From: Cyanophora paradoxa CCMP329
Taxonomy: Eukaryota > Plantae > Glaucophyta
NCBI GenBank assembly: GCA_004431415.1
Contig: QPMI01000588.1
Span: forward strand, 62,001-126,000
DNA length: 64,000 bases
Direction: 5' to 3'
The notes beneath the pieces are model-generated. The model saw nothing but the letters and a program-made list of their open reading frames with translations, did no database searches and was not told where the DNA came from. A program made the translations under genes and the position numbers. Of the stretch, positions 51,912 to 63,929 are shown one piece after another. Every line of letters starts with the position of its first letter. Position 1 is the first letter of the stretch.

Positions 51912-53406
51912 TCAGTGCTCCTGCAGGGCGAGGCGCCGGGGCGGCGCGGACGAGGCGGAGGGAGAGGGCGGAGAGGCGCGGGGCGCGGCGGGCGGCGGAG
52001 GCGAGGGCGGCGAGGAGGGGCCGCTCGGGGCGGGCCCCGTCGGGCCCGTAGCGGCGCAGGTGGACGGCCACTGAGAGCTCCCGCAGCTCCGCCGCCGCCC
52101 CAGCGCCTCCAGCGCCCGCGCAGCCTCCTGTCCCGCGAGCGAGGGTCGGGGTACGGGGGATATCGATACGGGGAAGCGGGGCGGGGGTACCTGGACGGGG
52201 AAGACGGGGGCCTCGGCGTCGCAGTCGAGGGGAAGGCGGGGGAGCGGAGGGCGGGGAGGCGGGCGGCGGCGGCGAGGGCGGCCGGCTCGAGCTGCTCGGG
52301 GGCGTCGCTCCCCGCCAGCTCGAGGCGGGCGAGGCGGCCGGCGGCGCGGCCGGCGGCGAGCCGCGCGAAGTCGGCGGCGGGGGCCTGGACGAACGGCACC
52401 TCGAGCCCCTCCAGGGCCCCCAGGGCGCCCAGCGGCCCCAGCCCGCCCTCCACGACCCCGCGCACAGGCCCGCAGCCCCGGCGCCGCCTCCGCCAGCGCC
52501 CCGCCGCCCCGCGTCCAGCGCGTCGTCCGGCTGCGTCCGCAGCGCGAGCGCCGCGAGCGCCGGCAGCCGCCCCAGCAGCGAGCGCAGGTGGTGGCCCTCG
52601 TACCCCAGGAACCGCCGCGCCGTCAGCTCGAGGCGCGAGACGCTGGGGTGCGGGCCCTCGCCCAGCACCGAGAGGAGCGCGTCCGCCGCGCCCTCGTGCA
52701 GCGGCTGCACCCCGATCTGCCGCGGTGGTCAAGGCGGGGTACGGGTTGCGCCGGGGGCGCGGGGGGTACGGGGGCGCGCCGCGTCGAGGTCCTCATCGGC
52801 GGGCAGCTCGTCGGCGGCGATGGCGAGCTCCGCGACGGGGCAGCGCAGGGCCCCCAGGGCGCACGCCAGCAGATCCCGCGCCCACGCCGGCTGCGCCAGC
52901 CGCAGGAGCGCGTGCGTCCCTGCGAACGACGGCGGGCGCGGCTTGGCGCCTGCGGGGCGGCGGGAGGGGGGCGGCGCACGCTCGGAGGTGCCGGAGGAGC
53001 GCGGGGGCAGCTCCAGCGACACGGAGAGGCGCCGCAGCTCCGCCAGGTTCACCAGGCGCGGCCAGCGCGCGCTCGCGAGGCCCGAGAAGGGCCACGCCCG
53101 CGGCGACGTCCGAGGCGCCGCGCCGGTCTCGTTCGGCCCGCACGCGTGCCGGGACACGAGCGTGCAGATCCGCCGCGTGAGCGCGACGTGCGCTTCGGCG
53201 CTGGCGCCCGCGAGCTCCCCGAGCGCGGCCGGGCCGAGGTCGAGCGCAGCCCAGCGGACCTCCAGCAGCACGCGCCGGAACCGCCGACACAGCGACCAGA
53301 GCTGCGCGTGCCCGTACGCGCTGGCCAGGCCCACGGCCTCGAAGATCTGGCCCAGCACCGCGTCGTCCAGCTGGTCGAAGGCGCAGGGAGGGTCCTCGGC
53401 GTCCAT
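51912..53406 (-). CDS. F-box/LRR family A copy 2, chimeric and lacking the A1 last exon (possible pseudogene)
   Basis: 5' part matches A1, 3' part matches A3; similarity to A1 stops at ~51945. Confidence 0.65.
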
Positions 53407-53906
53407 CGAGCCGTCGGTTGCGATCAGCCGCAACTTCCCGCAGCGCGAGCGACCAGCCGCTAAGAAGCAGCGCTGCTGACCACGGACGAGCAGGTTCAAG
53501 GCGGCCAAGCCCACGAAGTGCTATCAATATCGATAAGCTTTCAATTCACGGCGCTTTAGGTTCGTGCAGGATATCGCTTTAGGTTCGTGCAGCTGGGCCG
53601 CCGGCCAGGGACGCGTTGGATGTTCCCATACCCCCACTGCCGCTCGCCCGGCGTCGCTCGGCGACGCTCGCGCCGCTCGGAGCTCGCATACGCGTGAGCT
53701 TCGGCTCTCTCTCTCGATCGTGCACTCTCTTGCACTCCGCTTCTCGTGCGCATCGATGACGGGCGACGGCAAGCGAGCCATTGAAGCCTCAAGCGAGCTC
53801 GAGGACTCGAAGCGCGCGCGTGGCCTCGAGCAACCCGAAGTGCGGAAGTACTATTCATATTCGAACGCATAATGTCGCTGTCGCTGATGATCGTCGCGTG
53901 CAGGAC

Positions 53907-56594
53907 ATGTCGATGGCGCCCGCGGCGCCCGCGGCCGCCGGCCTCGCCGAGGAAGAAGAAGAGCCGATTGCATCGCTTCCGGACGAGCTGCTCATGAAGA
54001 TCCTGCGGATCGTGGCGAAAGAGGTCAGCGCACGCCCGCTGCAGCTGCTGCGCACGCGGCCCGGATCATGATCTCTTGAGAGCTATATAGCTAAAGCTAG
54101 CGCTGACTCTACCTACCTCTGCTTCCTCGATAGCTGCCCTCGAACGCGGACTTTTGGAACCCCGATGACGATTTGGAATTAGAATCCGAAATAAACAACT
54201 GCCAGTGGCCGGCGGCGCTGCGCGAGGCGCACGCGCTCCGCGCCGTCTGCAGGCGGTTCAAGGCGGAGATCGACGCGGCGGGCGGGCCGCTCGCGCTCTT
54301 TGAGGAAGCCAATTGGGAAGAGGGCGTCGAGCGCTGGCTGGCGGGGCGCGGCGGCGGCGTCGACGCGTTCCTCGCGAAGCGCGCGCCGCTCCTTACCGGT
54401 CTTCGCGAGGTTTCGGTCGAAGGCGATTGCAAGCACGGGGCCCGCTTCCTCGCCGCCCTCCCCTGCTGGCCCTCCCTTCTGTCTCTCCGCCTCTGATCCC
54501 TTCAACCGGGGGCCACGGGCGAGCTCCGGGCCTGCCTCGACGCCCTCGCCGCCGTCCCGGCCGGCAAGCTGAGCCTCAACCTCCTCGAGGCCCGCCTTCG
54601 CTAGCGCGGCCTGCGCCGCGCTGCCCGCTTGGGCTGCCCGCGCCGTTAGGTCTGAGGATCCCGCCGCCGGCGCCGCAGGTCTACGTCGTCGACGACTACG
54701 ACGACGACGAGTACAGCGAGGAGGCCTCGGCTCTGCTCGGGGCCATCGTTCGCCGCTGCACCCCCTCGCTCCGCGCCCTCAGGCTGCATAGAATCGCCGT
54801 CGAAGGTAACCCCTTTTGCCCGACCTCACCTCGAGCTCTTCAGTGTCCTCACGCTGGCTGGCATGCGCAGGCCGGTGGGAGGACCTGCTTCCCACGGCGG
54901 GCCTGCGCGAGCTGCGCCTCACCTATCCGCCCCGCCCCGTCGCCCTCGGCGGCCTGGAGCGGGGCGGGGCGGCCGCCACCCTCGAGACTGTCGACGTCTA
55001 TGGCGGCGACCTGTTCGCGGGGCGGGGCGGGCGGGACTCGGCCCTCGCCCTTGCCGCCCTCCCCGCCCTCTCCAGCCTGACAATCGGTGTCGACGTCGAC
55101 GCGTCCCTTTGCTCCCCCGCGCCCCCCCCGCCCCCCGCCGGCTCCTTCCCCGCCCTGCGCTCTCTCTCCCTATCCGGCCGCTTCACGCGCTCGGACTGGT
55201 GGGCCGCCGTCCTCGCCTCCCCCGCGGGGGCCCGCCTCGAGAGCGTGCGTGCCCTTCCCACCCTCGCTTCTCACCGCGCCGCCCTCACGGGCCCCGCAGC
55301 TCTCGTTGCGTCGAGTGGGTGGCGCAGGAGGCATCCTGGCGACCCTCGACGCCTCGGGCCCGCCCCTCGCTCTGCGTGCTCTCTCTCTAGATCTGTTCGG
55401 CTGCAGCTTCGGCGGTGGGGCCGCCCCGCGCCTCGAAGGCCTCCTCGCCGCCTGCCCCGCCCTCCGTGAGCTCGACATCTCGAGCTTCGACGAGGTGCAC
55501 CCCCCCCCCTCCCCCCGCCTTCCCCCCTCCCTTCTCCCCCCTCCCCCCCTCGCCTCCCTCGCCTGCCCCCCCCCTATCCCCCCCCTCTCCTTTCTTTGCT
55601 CCTGCCGAACAGCTCGAGCAGCTCTTGAAGAGGACGGAGGCCGCCAGCATGCTGATGCTCCTCGCTCGCCTCCCCGCCCTCGAGAGGCTCACCATGCGCG
55701 ACAGCGTCCACCGCGAGGTGCCGCTGTACCCCCCGCGCGCCTATCGGATCTGCCATCTGAGACGGTGTGGGGGCCGGCAGGATGCGGACGAGTGCGCGCC
55801 TGCCTGCCCTCGCCCCGCCCGCCCGGCCCTTAGGCGTGCACGAGCTGCAGCGCCGGCGCCACGGATCCGGAGCTCCCTTCGCCCCCCGCGGGTTCCTTCC
55901 CCGCCCTGCGCGTCCTCGAGCTCGGGAGCCGCTCAAGAGTGCGCGTCGACTGGTGGACCGCCGCCCTCGCCCCCCCCGTCGGCGCCCGCCTTCAGAGCGT
56001 GCGTGCCCCCGCCAGCCTCGATGCTTAGCTCGGCGCCTTGACCCACGCGACCCGCCGCAGCTCTCGCTGGAGAAGGTTCCGGAGGCGTGGCGCATCCTGG
56101 GGGCCCTCGGCGCCTCAGGCCCGGCCCTCGCTCTCCGCTCGCTCTCCGTTGAGAAGTGCCGCTTCAGGGCGGAGGAGGCCCCGCGCCTCGCCGGCCTGCT
56201 CGCCGCCTGCCCTGCCGTGAGGATCTTTGTCGTCCGCGATTGCCCAGAGGTGCAGCCCGCCCCCGCGTTTCATCCGAGAGCCTTCCGCTGACGCGGCGCG
56301 GCGCCCTCGCGGCGACGATCAGATATCCGAGTGCGCCCCCCTCTCCCCTTCCCCCCCCCCCTCGCCCCCCCTCCCCCCTCCGCCCGGTCTGAGCGCGGCG
56401 GCAGGTTCCTGGCGGGCGGGGGCGATGCAGAGGCGTCGGGGCCGCGCCTGCTGCGGAAGCTGGAGGCGCGCGGGGTGCACGTGTTCTGGCGAAGCTCCCC
56501 GCCCCCGAGCCCCGACAACGCGGACATCGGCTCCGAGGACAACGAGGACATCGAGTCCGGGTACACCAGCAGCGCAGGCGGCGGTGCGGAGTGA
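53907..56594 (+). CDS. F-box/LRR family B copy 2
   Basis: Near-identical to 48766-51425. Confidence 0.72.
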
Positions 56595-57080
56595 GAACGC
56601 GGCGGGGCCGGGCCGTCGTAGGCAACATGGGGGTCCTGGGTGTAAATAGCAATACTTGCCAGTTTGTACAAGGCAGGGGGGAGGCACGGCATGCGCACGG
56701 CCCGAGGCGAGGAGGGGGGCGGGGGCCGGCTAGCTCAGGGGTTGCAATTGTGTTTGTCAGCGGCGAGGCTGTCAGCGGGTTGGATCCCCGACCCGCGAGG
56801 ACCCCTGTAGCTAGCGCTAGATCTATATATAGCTAGAAGAGAGGGGCGCTATAGAGAAATACATGTAATAAATATATAACCTTGCGTTATAATTATAATT
56901 AACATGGATACAACCGAGAAGGAAATCGAAGCCTTGCCGACTCGGCCGCAATCACAGGCGGCCGACCTCGAAGCGGCCGCCGTTGCAGAGGAAGAGGAAG
57001 TGGAACCGTGGCGGGCGGCGCCGCGCCGGCCGCCGCCGCGCCGCGAGCCGCCGCACGGCCGCCTCGCGAGCCGCCATGTC

Positions 57081-58566
57081 TCAGTGCTCCTGCAGGGCGA
57101 GGCGCCGGGCGGCGCGGACGAGGCGGAGGGAGAGGGCGGAGAGGCGCGGGGCGCGGCGGGCGGCGGAGGCGAGGGCGGCGAGGAGGGGCCGCTCGGGGCG
57201 GGCCCCGTCGGGCCCGTAGCGGCGCAGGTGGACGGCCACTGAGAGCTCCCGCAGCTCCGCCGCCGCCCCCAGCGCCTCCAGCGCCCGCGCAGCCTCCTGT
57301 CCGCGAGCGAGGGTCGGGGTACGGGGATATCGATACGGGGAAGCGGGGCGGGGGTACCTGGACGGGAAGACGGGGGCCTCGGCGTCGCAGTCGAGGGGAA
57401 GGCGAGGGAGCGGAGGGCGGGGAGGCGGGCGGCGGCGGCGAGGGCGGCCGGCTCGAGCTGCTCGGGGCGTCGCTCCCCGCCAGCTCGAGGCGGGCGAGGC
57501 GGCCGGCGGCGCGGCCGGCGGCGAGCCGCGCGAAGTCGGCGGCGGGGCCTGGACGAACGGCACCTCGAGCCCCTCCAGGGCCCCAGGGCGCCCAGCGGCC
57601 CCAGCCCGCCCTCCACGACCCCGCGCACAGGCCCCGCAGCCCGGCGCCGCCTCCGCCAGCGCCCCCGCCGCCCCGCGTCCAGCGCGTCGTCCGGCTGCGT
57701 CCGCAGCGCGAGCGCCGCGAGCGCCGGCAGCCGCCCCAGGAGCGAGCGCAGGTGGTGGCCCTCGTACCCCAGGAACCGCCGCGCCGTCAGCTCGAGGCGC
57801 GAGACGCTGGGGTGCGGGCCCTCGCCCAGCACCGAGAGGAGCGCGTCCGCCGCGCCTCGTGCAGCGGCTGCACCCCGATCTGCCGCGGTGGTCAAGGCGG
57901 GGTACGGGTTGCGCCGGGGGCGCGGGGGGTACGGGGCGCGCCGCGTCGAGGTCCTCATCGGCGGGCAGCTCGTCGGCGGCGATGGCGAGCTCCGCGACGG
58001 GGCAGCGCAGGGCCCCAGGGCGCACGCCAGCAGATCCGCGCCCACGCCGGCTGCGCCAGCCGCAGGAGCGCGTGCGTCCCTGCGAACGACGGCGGGCGCG
58101 GCTTGGCGCCTGCGGGGCGGCGGGAGGGGGGCGGCGCACGCTCGGAGGTGCCGGAGGAGCGCGGGGGCAGCTCCAGCGACACGGAGAGGCGCCGCAGCTC
58201 CACCAGGTCCACCAGGCGCGGCCAGCGCGCGCTCGCGAGGCCCGAGAAGGGCCACGCCCGCGGCGACGTCCGCGGCGCGGCGCCGGTCTCGTTCGGGCCG
58301 CACGCGTGCCGGGACACGAGCGTGCAGATCCGCCGCGTGAGCGCGACGTGCGCTTCGGCGCTGGCGCCTGCGAGCTCCGCGAGCGCGGCTGGGCCGAGGT
58401 CGAGCGCAGCCCACCGCACCTCCAGCAGCACGCGCCGGAACCGCCTACACAGCGACCATAGCTGCGCGTGCCCGTACGCGCTGGCCAGGCCCACGGCCTC
58501 GAAGATCTGGCCCAGCACCGCGTCGTCCAGCTGGTCGAAGGCGCAGAGTGGCTCCTCGGCCACCAT
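57081..58566 (-). CDS. F-box/LRR family A copy 3, lacking the A1 last exon (possible pseudogene)
   Basis: MVAEEPLCAFDQLDDAVLGQIF...; 5' part diverged from A1/A2, 3' part the same as A2. Confidence 0.65.
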
Positions 58567-59491
58567 CGAGCGGTCGGTTGCGACCAGCCGCAACGCGAGC
58601 GACCAGGCGCAAAGCCGCAAAGTTGCCGACCACGGACGAGTTGGCCGCTAAAGGCGGCCAAGCCCACGAAACGCTATCAATATCGTTGCGCTTTCGGTTC
58701 GCGGCGCTTCGCTGCAGCTGGAGGGTATCGATGAGCTGCATGCAGCTGGCGGCCAACCAGGGACGCGTGAGATGTCACCGTACCCCCGTCGCTTCGTTCG
58801 CTGACTGGCAAGTTCGCAAACTGAGAAGGCTCGCGGCTCTGTTTGCGTACATGTCTTCTTATTGTGCTTATTGGGCCCCGTTGGCGGTGGGCGTCTGATT
58901 CTCGTGCGCTCTCGTGCACTCCGCTTCTCGTGCGCTTCGTATACGTAGAGAGGCCCATACCGTAGAGAGGCTCGTACTACGGTACGGATATCAATCAATG
59001 AAAAGCTCATCACCATTGATAGCGTCTCGCTGGCTTGGCCGCTTTGAACCTGCTCGTCCGTGGTCGGCAGCGTTGCGGCGTTGCGGCGCTCATTGATATC
59101 ATTGCTATTTACGACGCTTCGCTGCATGATATCAATGAGCTGCGGCCCGGCCGTCGGCCGTCGAGTGTGTGGGATGTCTCCGTACCCCTGCTGCTTCGTT
59201 CGCAGACCCGGCCCCGGCCGGCGCCGGCCCTGCGCACGACGACGCCCCGCGCCCTCCGTTCTCTCGTGAACTCCGCCACGTGCGCATAGATGTTTGCGCA
59301 AGTTTCGCGGTTTCGCGTGCAATGACGGGCGACAGCAAGCGGGCCATCGCGATCGGCGAGCACCTTGAGCGGGAGGCCTTCAAGGGCCTTGAGCTCGAGC
59401 GAGCACTCGAAGTGCGGAATCGGTAATGAGCTCGAGGCGCAGGTAATTCATTGATTACTTCGCTGTAGCTGATGATCGGCGCGTGCAGAAG

Positions 59492-62107
59492 ATGGCGCCG
59501 GCGCCGATTGCATCGCTCCCCGACGAGCTGCTCGTGAAGATCCTGCGGGTCGCGGCGAAAGAGGTCGGCGCGCGCCCGCTGCTGCGCACGCGGCCCTGAT
59601 TTACTCGACAGCTGCCCTCGAACGCGGATTTTTTTAACTCCGATGCATATGCTGATCGCAATTTGGAATTAGAATCCGAATTAAACAACTGCCGGTGGCC
59701 CTCGGCGCTGCGCGAGGCGCACGCGCTTCGCGCCGTCTGCAAGCGATTCAAGGCGGAGATCGACGCAGCGGGCGGGCCGCTCGCGCTGTTCGAGTCTGCC
59801 GCCTGGGACGTAAAAGTCGAGCGCTGGCTGGAGGGGTGCCCTGGCGGCGTCGAGGCGTTCCTCGCGGAGCACACTCCACGCCTCACCGGTCTGCGCGAGG
59901 TGACTGTCGACGGCGATTGCAAGCACGGGGCCCGCTTCCTCGCCGCCCTCCCCTGCTGGCCCTCCCTTCTGTCTCTCCGCCTCCTCTCCCTTCCCCCCGC
60001 CGCCACGAGCGAGCTCCGGGCCTGCCTCGACGCCCTCGCCGCCGTCCCGGCCGCCAAGCGGAGTCTCAGCCTTCTCATGGTTCGTCGTGAGGCCCGAGGA
60101 TACCCGCTTGGCTGCCCGTTTGGGCTGCATGCGCCGTTAGGCCTGAGGATGCTTCCGCCGCAGGTCGACGTCAACATCAACGCGAAAAACGAGGATAGCA
60201 AGGAGGCCTCGTCTTTGGTCTGGGCGATCGTCCGCCGCTGCGCCTCCTCGCTCCGCAGCCTCAAATTACATGGAATCGCCGTCGAAGGTAACCCCTTTTT
60301 GCCCCGACCACCTCGAGCTCCTCATGATCAGTGTCCTCACGCTGGCTGGCACGCGCAGGGCGCTGGGAGGACCTGCTTCCCTCGCCGGGACTGCGCGATT
60401 TTCGCCTCTTGTACCCGCCCCGCCCCGTCGCTCTCGGCGGTCTGGAGCGGAGCGGGGCGGCCGCCACCCTCGAGACCCTCGACATCGATGCCGGCGACCC
60501 ACTCTCGGGGCCGGGGGGACCGGATGCGGCCCGCGCCCTCGCCGCCCTCCCCGCCCTCTCCAGCCTGAAAATCGGTGTCGACGTCGACGAGTCCCTTTGC
60601 TCCCTCTTGCTCCCGCCGCCCCCCGCCGGCTCCTTCCCCGCCCTTCGCTCTCTCGCCCTATCCGGCCGCTTCACGCGCTCGGACTGGTGGGCCGCCGTCC
60701 TCGCCTCCCCCGTGGGGGCCCGCCTCAAGAGTGTGCGTGCTTGTCCCACCCTCGAGCTCTCTTCTCACCGCGACGCCCTCACGGGCCCTGCAGCTTTCGC
60801 TGCGTTGGACGGGTAGCACGGGGCGCATCCTGGCGGCCCTTGGCGCCCCGGGCCCGCCCCTCGCTCTGCGCGCGCTCTCTCTGGAGGATTGCAGCTTCGG
60901 CGGTGGGGCCGCCCCGCGCCTCGAAGGCCTCCTCGCCGCCTGCCCCGCCCTCCGTGAGCTCGACATCGCGAGCTGCGACGAGGTGCCCCCCCCCTCCCCC
61001 CCTCCCCCCCCCCCCCGCCTCCCCACCCCGCCTCCCCCCCCTGCCCCCCCCCCCCCCCCCCCGCCTCCCCCGGCCCCTCCCCACCCAAAACCCCTCCCAC
61101 CACCCTCATCCCTTTCCTCGCCTCCCCAACCCTCTCTACCCCTCCCTTTCAACCTCTCCCTACCTTCCTCCCCCTCCCTACCCTCCCCTCCCCCCCACCT
61201 CCTCTTCCCCTCCTTCCTCTGCTCCCGCCGAGCAGCTCGAGCAGTTCCTCAAGAAGACGGAGGCCGCCAGCCTGGTGATCGTCTTGGCCCGCCTCCCCGC
61301 CCTCGAGAAGCTCGTCATGTGCAGCTGCGTCGATCGCGCGGTGCCGCTGTACCCCCCCGCGCCTATCGGATCTGCAACCTGAGACGGGCGGGGCCGGCAG
61401 GATGCGGACGAGCTCGAGTGCGCGCCTGGCTCCCCTTGTCCTGCCCGCCCCGTCCTTAGGCATGCCGCAGCGCCATGGAACTGCCTCTACCCCCCCACCC
61501 CTTCCCCTCCCTGCGCGTCCTAGAGCTCGGGGGCCGATCAACAGTGTGCCTCGACTGCTGGGCCGCCCTCCTTGCCTCTCCCACCGGCGCCCGCCTCAAG
61601 AGCGTGCGTGCCCCTGCCAGCCCCGGCGCTCAGCTCAGCGCCGTAACCCTCGCGGCCCGCGGCAGCTCTCGTTGACCGACGTCCGAGTTGCGGGGCGCGT
61701 GCTGGAGGCGATCGGCGCCTCGGGCCTGCCCCCCGCCCTCCGCGCCCTCCGCCTCACCGATTGCTACTTCGGCGCGCGCGACGCCCCGCGCCTCGCCGGC
61801 CTCCTCGCCGCCTGCCCCGCCCTGCAGGAGCTCGGCGTCTGCCAGTGTCCCGGGGTGCAGCCCGCGACCGCCCCCGCGCCCCTTTTCGAGAGACTTCCGC
61901 TGACGCGTCGTGGCGCCCTCGCGGTGACGATCAGCTCAATGAGTGCGCCCTCTCGTACTCCCTCTGCACGCTTTTCCTCCCGCCTCCGCCCGTCCTGATC
62001 ATCAGCGCGGGGGCAGGTTCCTGGCGGGCGGGGGCGATGCGGGGGCGGCGGGGCCGCGCCTGCGGCGGGTGCTCGCGGCGCGCGGGGTGGACGTGCGCGT
62101 GGTCTAG
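59492..62107 (+). CDS. F-box/LRR family B copy 3, diverged paralogue
   Basis: MAPAPIASLPDELLVKILRV...LRAVCKRFK; similar exon layout to B1/B2 with many substitutions and an expanded poly-C intron (~60983-61233). Confidence 0.72.
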
Positions 62108-62337
62108 CACCGCCGCCCGCCCCAGATCTGGAGCCCCGGGCGCCTCTGCTCGCCCGGGCTCGACTAAGAGGGAGACGGTGCAGAGCAATTGCAAGAACAT
62201 GGCGGTGCCGGGGCGTCCTCAGCAGCATAGTGGGTCCCCGGAATGAGAGTGTAAATATCGAATTCTCGAAGTTGTTGGAGTCAAATCTAGTATTGAGAAG
62301 TCAACTCTTGTTAGCCCTGGCGTGAATATGGCGGGTG

Positions 62338-63012
62338 CTACTTTGCGTTTTCGACGTCCGATCGCGAGGCGGAGGGAGAGGGCGGAGAGGCGCGGGGCGG
62401 GGCGGGCGGCGGAGGCGAGGGCGGCGAGGAGGGGCCGCTCGGGGCGGGCCCCGTCGGGCCCGTAGCGGCGCAGGTGGACGGCCACTGAGAGCTCCCGCAG
62501 CTCCGCCGCCGCCCCCAGAGCCTCCAGCGCCCGCACCGCCTCCTGCCGCGCGAGGGCGGGTTGGGGTACGGGGGGTACGGGGAAAGGGGGGGGTACCTGG
62601 ACGCGGAAGACGGGGCCTCGGCGTCGCAGTCGAGGGGAAGGCGAGGGAGCGGAGGGCGGGGAGGCGGGCGGCGGCGGCGAGGGCGGCCGGCTCGAGCTGC
62701 TCGGGGCCTCGCTCCCCGCCAGCTCGAGGCGGGCGAGGCGGCCGGCGGCGGGGCCGGCGGCGAGCCGCGCGAAGTCGGCGGCGGGGCCTGGAAGAACGGC
62801 ACCTCGAGCCCCTCCAGGGCCCCCAGGGCGCCCAGCGGTCCCAGCCCGCCCTCCACGACCCCCGCGCACAGGCCCCGCAGCCCCGGCGCCGCCTCCGCCA
62901 GCGCCCCCGCCGCCCCGCGTCCAGCGCGTCGTCCGGCTGCGTCCGCAGCGCGAGGGCCTCGAGCGCCGGCAGCCGCCCCAGGAGCGAGCGCAGGCCTAGG
63001 TGGTGGCCCTCG
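62338..63012 (-). pseudogene. F-box/LRR family A copy 4, internal fragment truncated at both ends
   Basis: Matches the A-family LRR exons from EGHHL to LSLRL; unrelated sequence begins at ~63013 and below ~62362. Confidence 0.75.
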
Positions 63013-63929
63013 AACAAGATCGAGAAAAGGCCAATCTCTCGGCCTCGATTTCTGTACAGTGAGTTTGCAATTGAGGGGGGCTTCCTCTTTCGATGTCGCT
63101 TTCCGATGCTCAGAATCTTAAGCTTCAGCAGTTCGAATTCGTCCGTCGAGTTTGCCGTTGTTTGTACGCAAAGGCGACCGGGTTCGATGATCTTGTGGTG
63201 GGCTCTGCAGCTTGCCAAGTTGTGCACGTGGGCGCACCCGCGTACGCGTGAGCTGCCGCGCAGCTGCAGTATGCGCCGCGGCGCACTGCGCCCAGCCCAT
63301 GGCCAGCCTGGCCGGGCAGTCCATGCCAGGGCCCGGGGCGCGGCCGCGTGGGGCCCGGCCGGGGCGCCCCCGCGGCCGCGGGCCGGCGACGGCCCGGCCT
63401 GCCGCCGGCTGCCGGCTCCGCGGCACGCGTACGTTCCGAGCTCAAGGCTCCCCCGGCCTCCCGGAGTCCGGGGGGAGTCCGGAACTTGTGACGCGCCCCG
63501 CGTCACGGCGTGACGCCCGGCCGCGGCCGTCAGTGCCCGTGTCAGGCTGACACTCGGACAGCAGCTAGCGTCCGACGGTCTCCGGTCCACTGGGCCAGCT
63601 CCCGCCGGGCCGCCGGGTCCATGCAGCTCGCAGCTGCGCCCGTACGCGTCCCCCGGGTGCGAGGGGGTAGACAGGCCGCTAACTAGAGAGTTCTATAGCG
63701 CCAGAAGTATATGATATGCATGTGCCTTGTGTCTGCGCATAGCGGGGCGACGGGGGCACCTCAGAAGCGATGAATGTGGTCTAGTGCATGTGAAGTGTGA
63801 GTGTGTGATGAATGTGAACGTAGAGCTTGCAACCGAGCTCTTGCACTGCGCAAGCTCCTCTGGGCGCAGCTCCCGGATGTAGCCACACGAGACGCAGTCC
63901 ACCTTCTCAGGCCCTGCAGGAACGCATGT

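Larger units (their letters stand above)
47830..58125. repeat. Near-identical tandem segmental duplication, unit ~5.15 kb (about 47830-52960 and 52960-58125)
   Basis: Exons, introns and intergenic DNA all match at an offset of ~5140-5170 (e.g. 48361 vs 53499; 51482 vs 56651); visible differences are mostly 1-bp homopolymer indels. Confidence 0.92.

Noticed and set aside
46398-58566. Programmed frameshifting or phase variation in the F-box genes
   Set aside because: The indels are single bases in G/C homopolymers scattered between near-identical copies, typical of long-read consensus error; needs polishing before any claim
60983-61233. Pro-rich extensin-like coding segment
   Set aside because: It is the expanded C-rich intron of B3 (GT at ~60983, AG at ~61233), matching shorter introns in B1/B2
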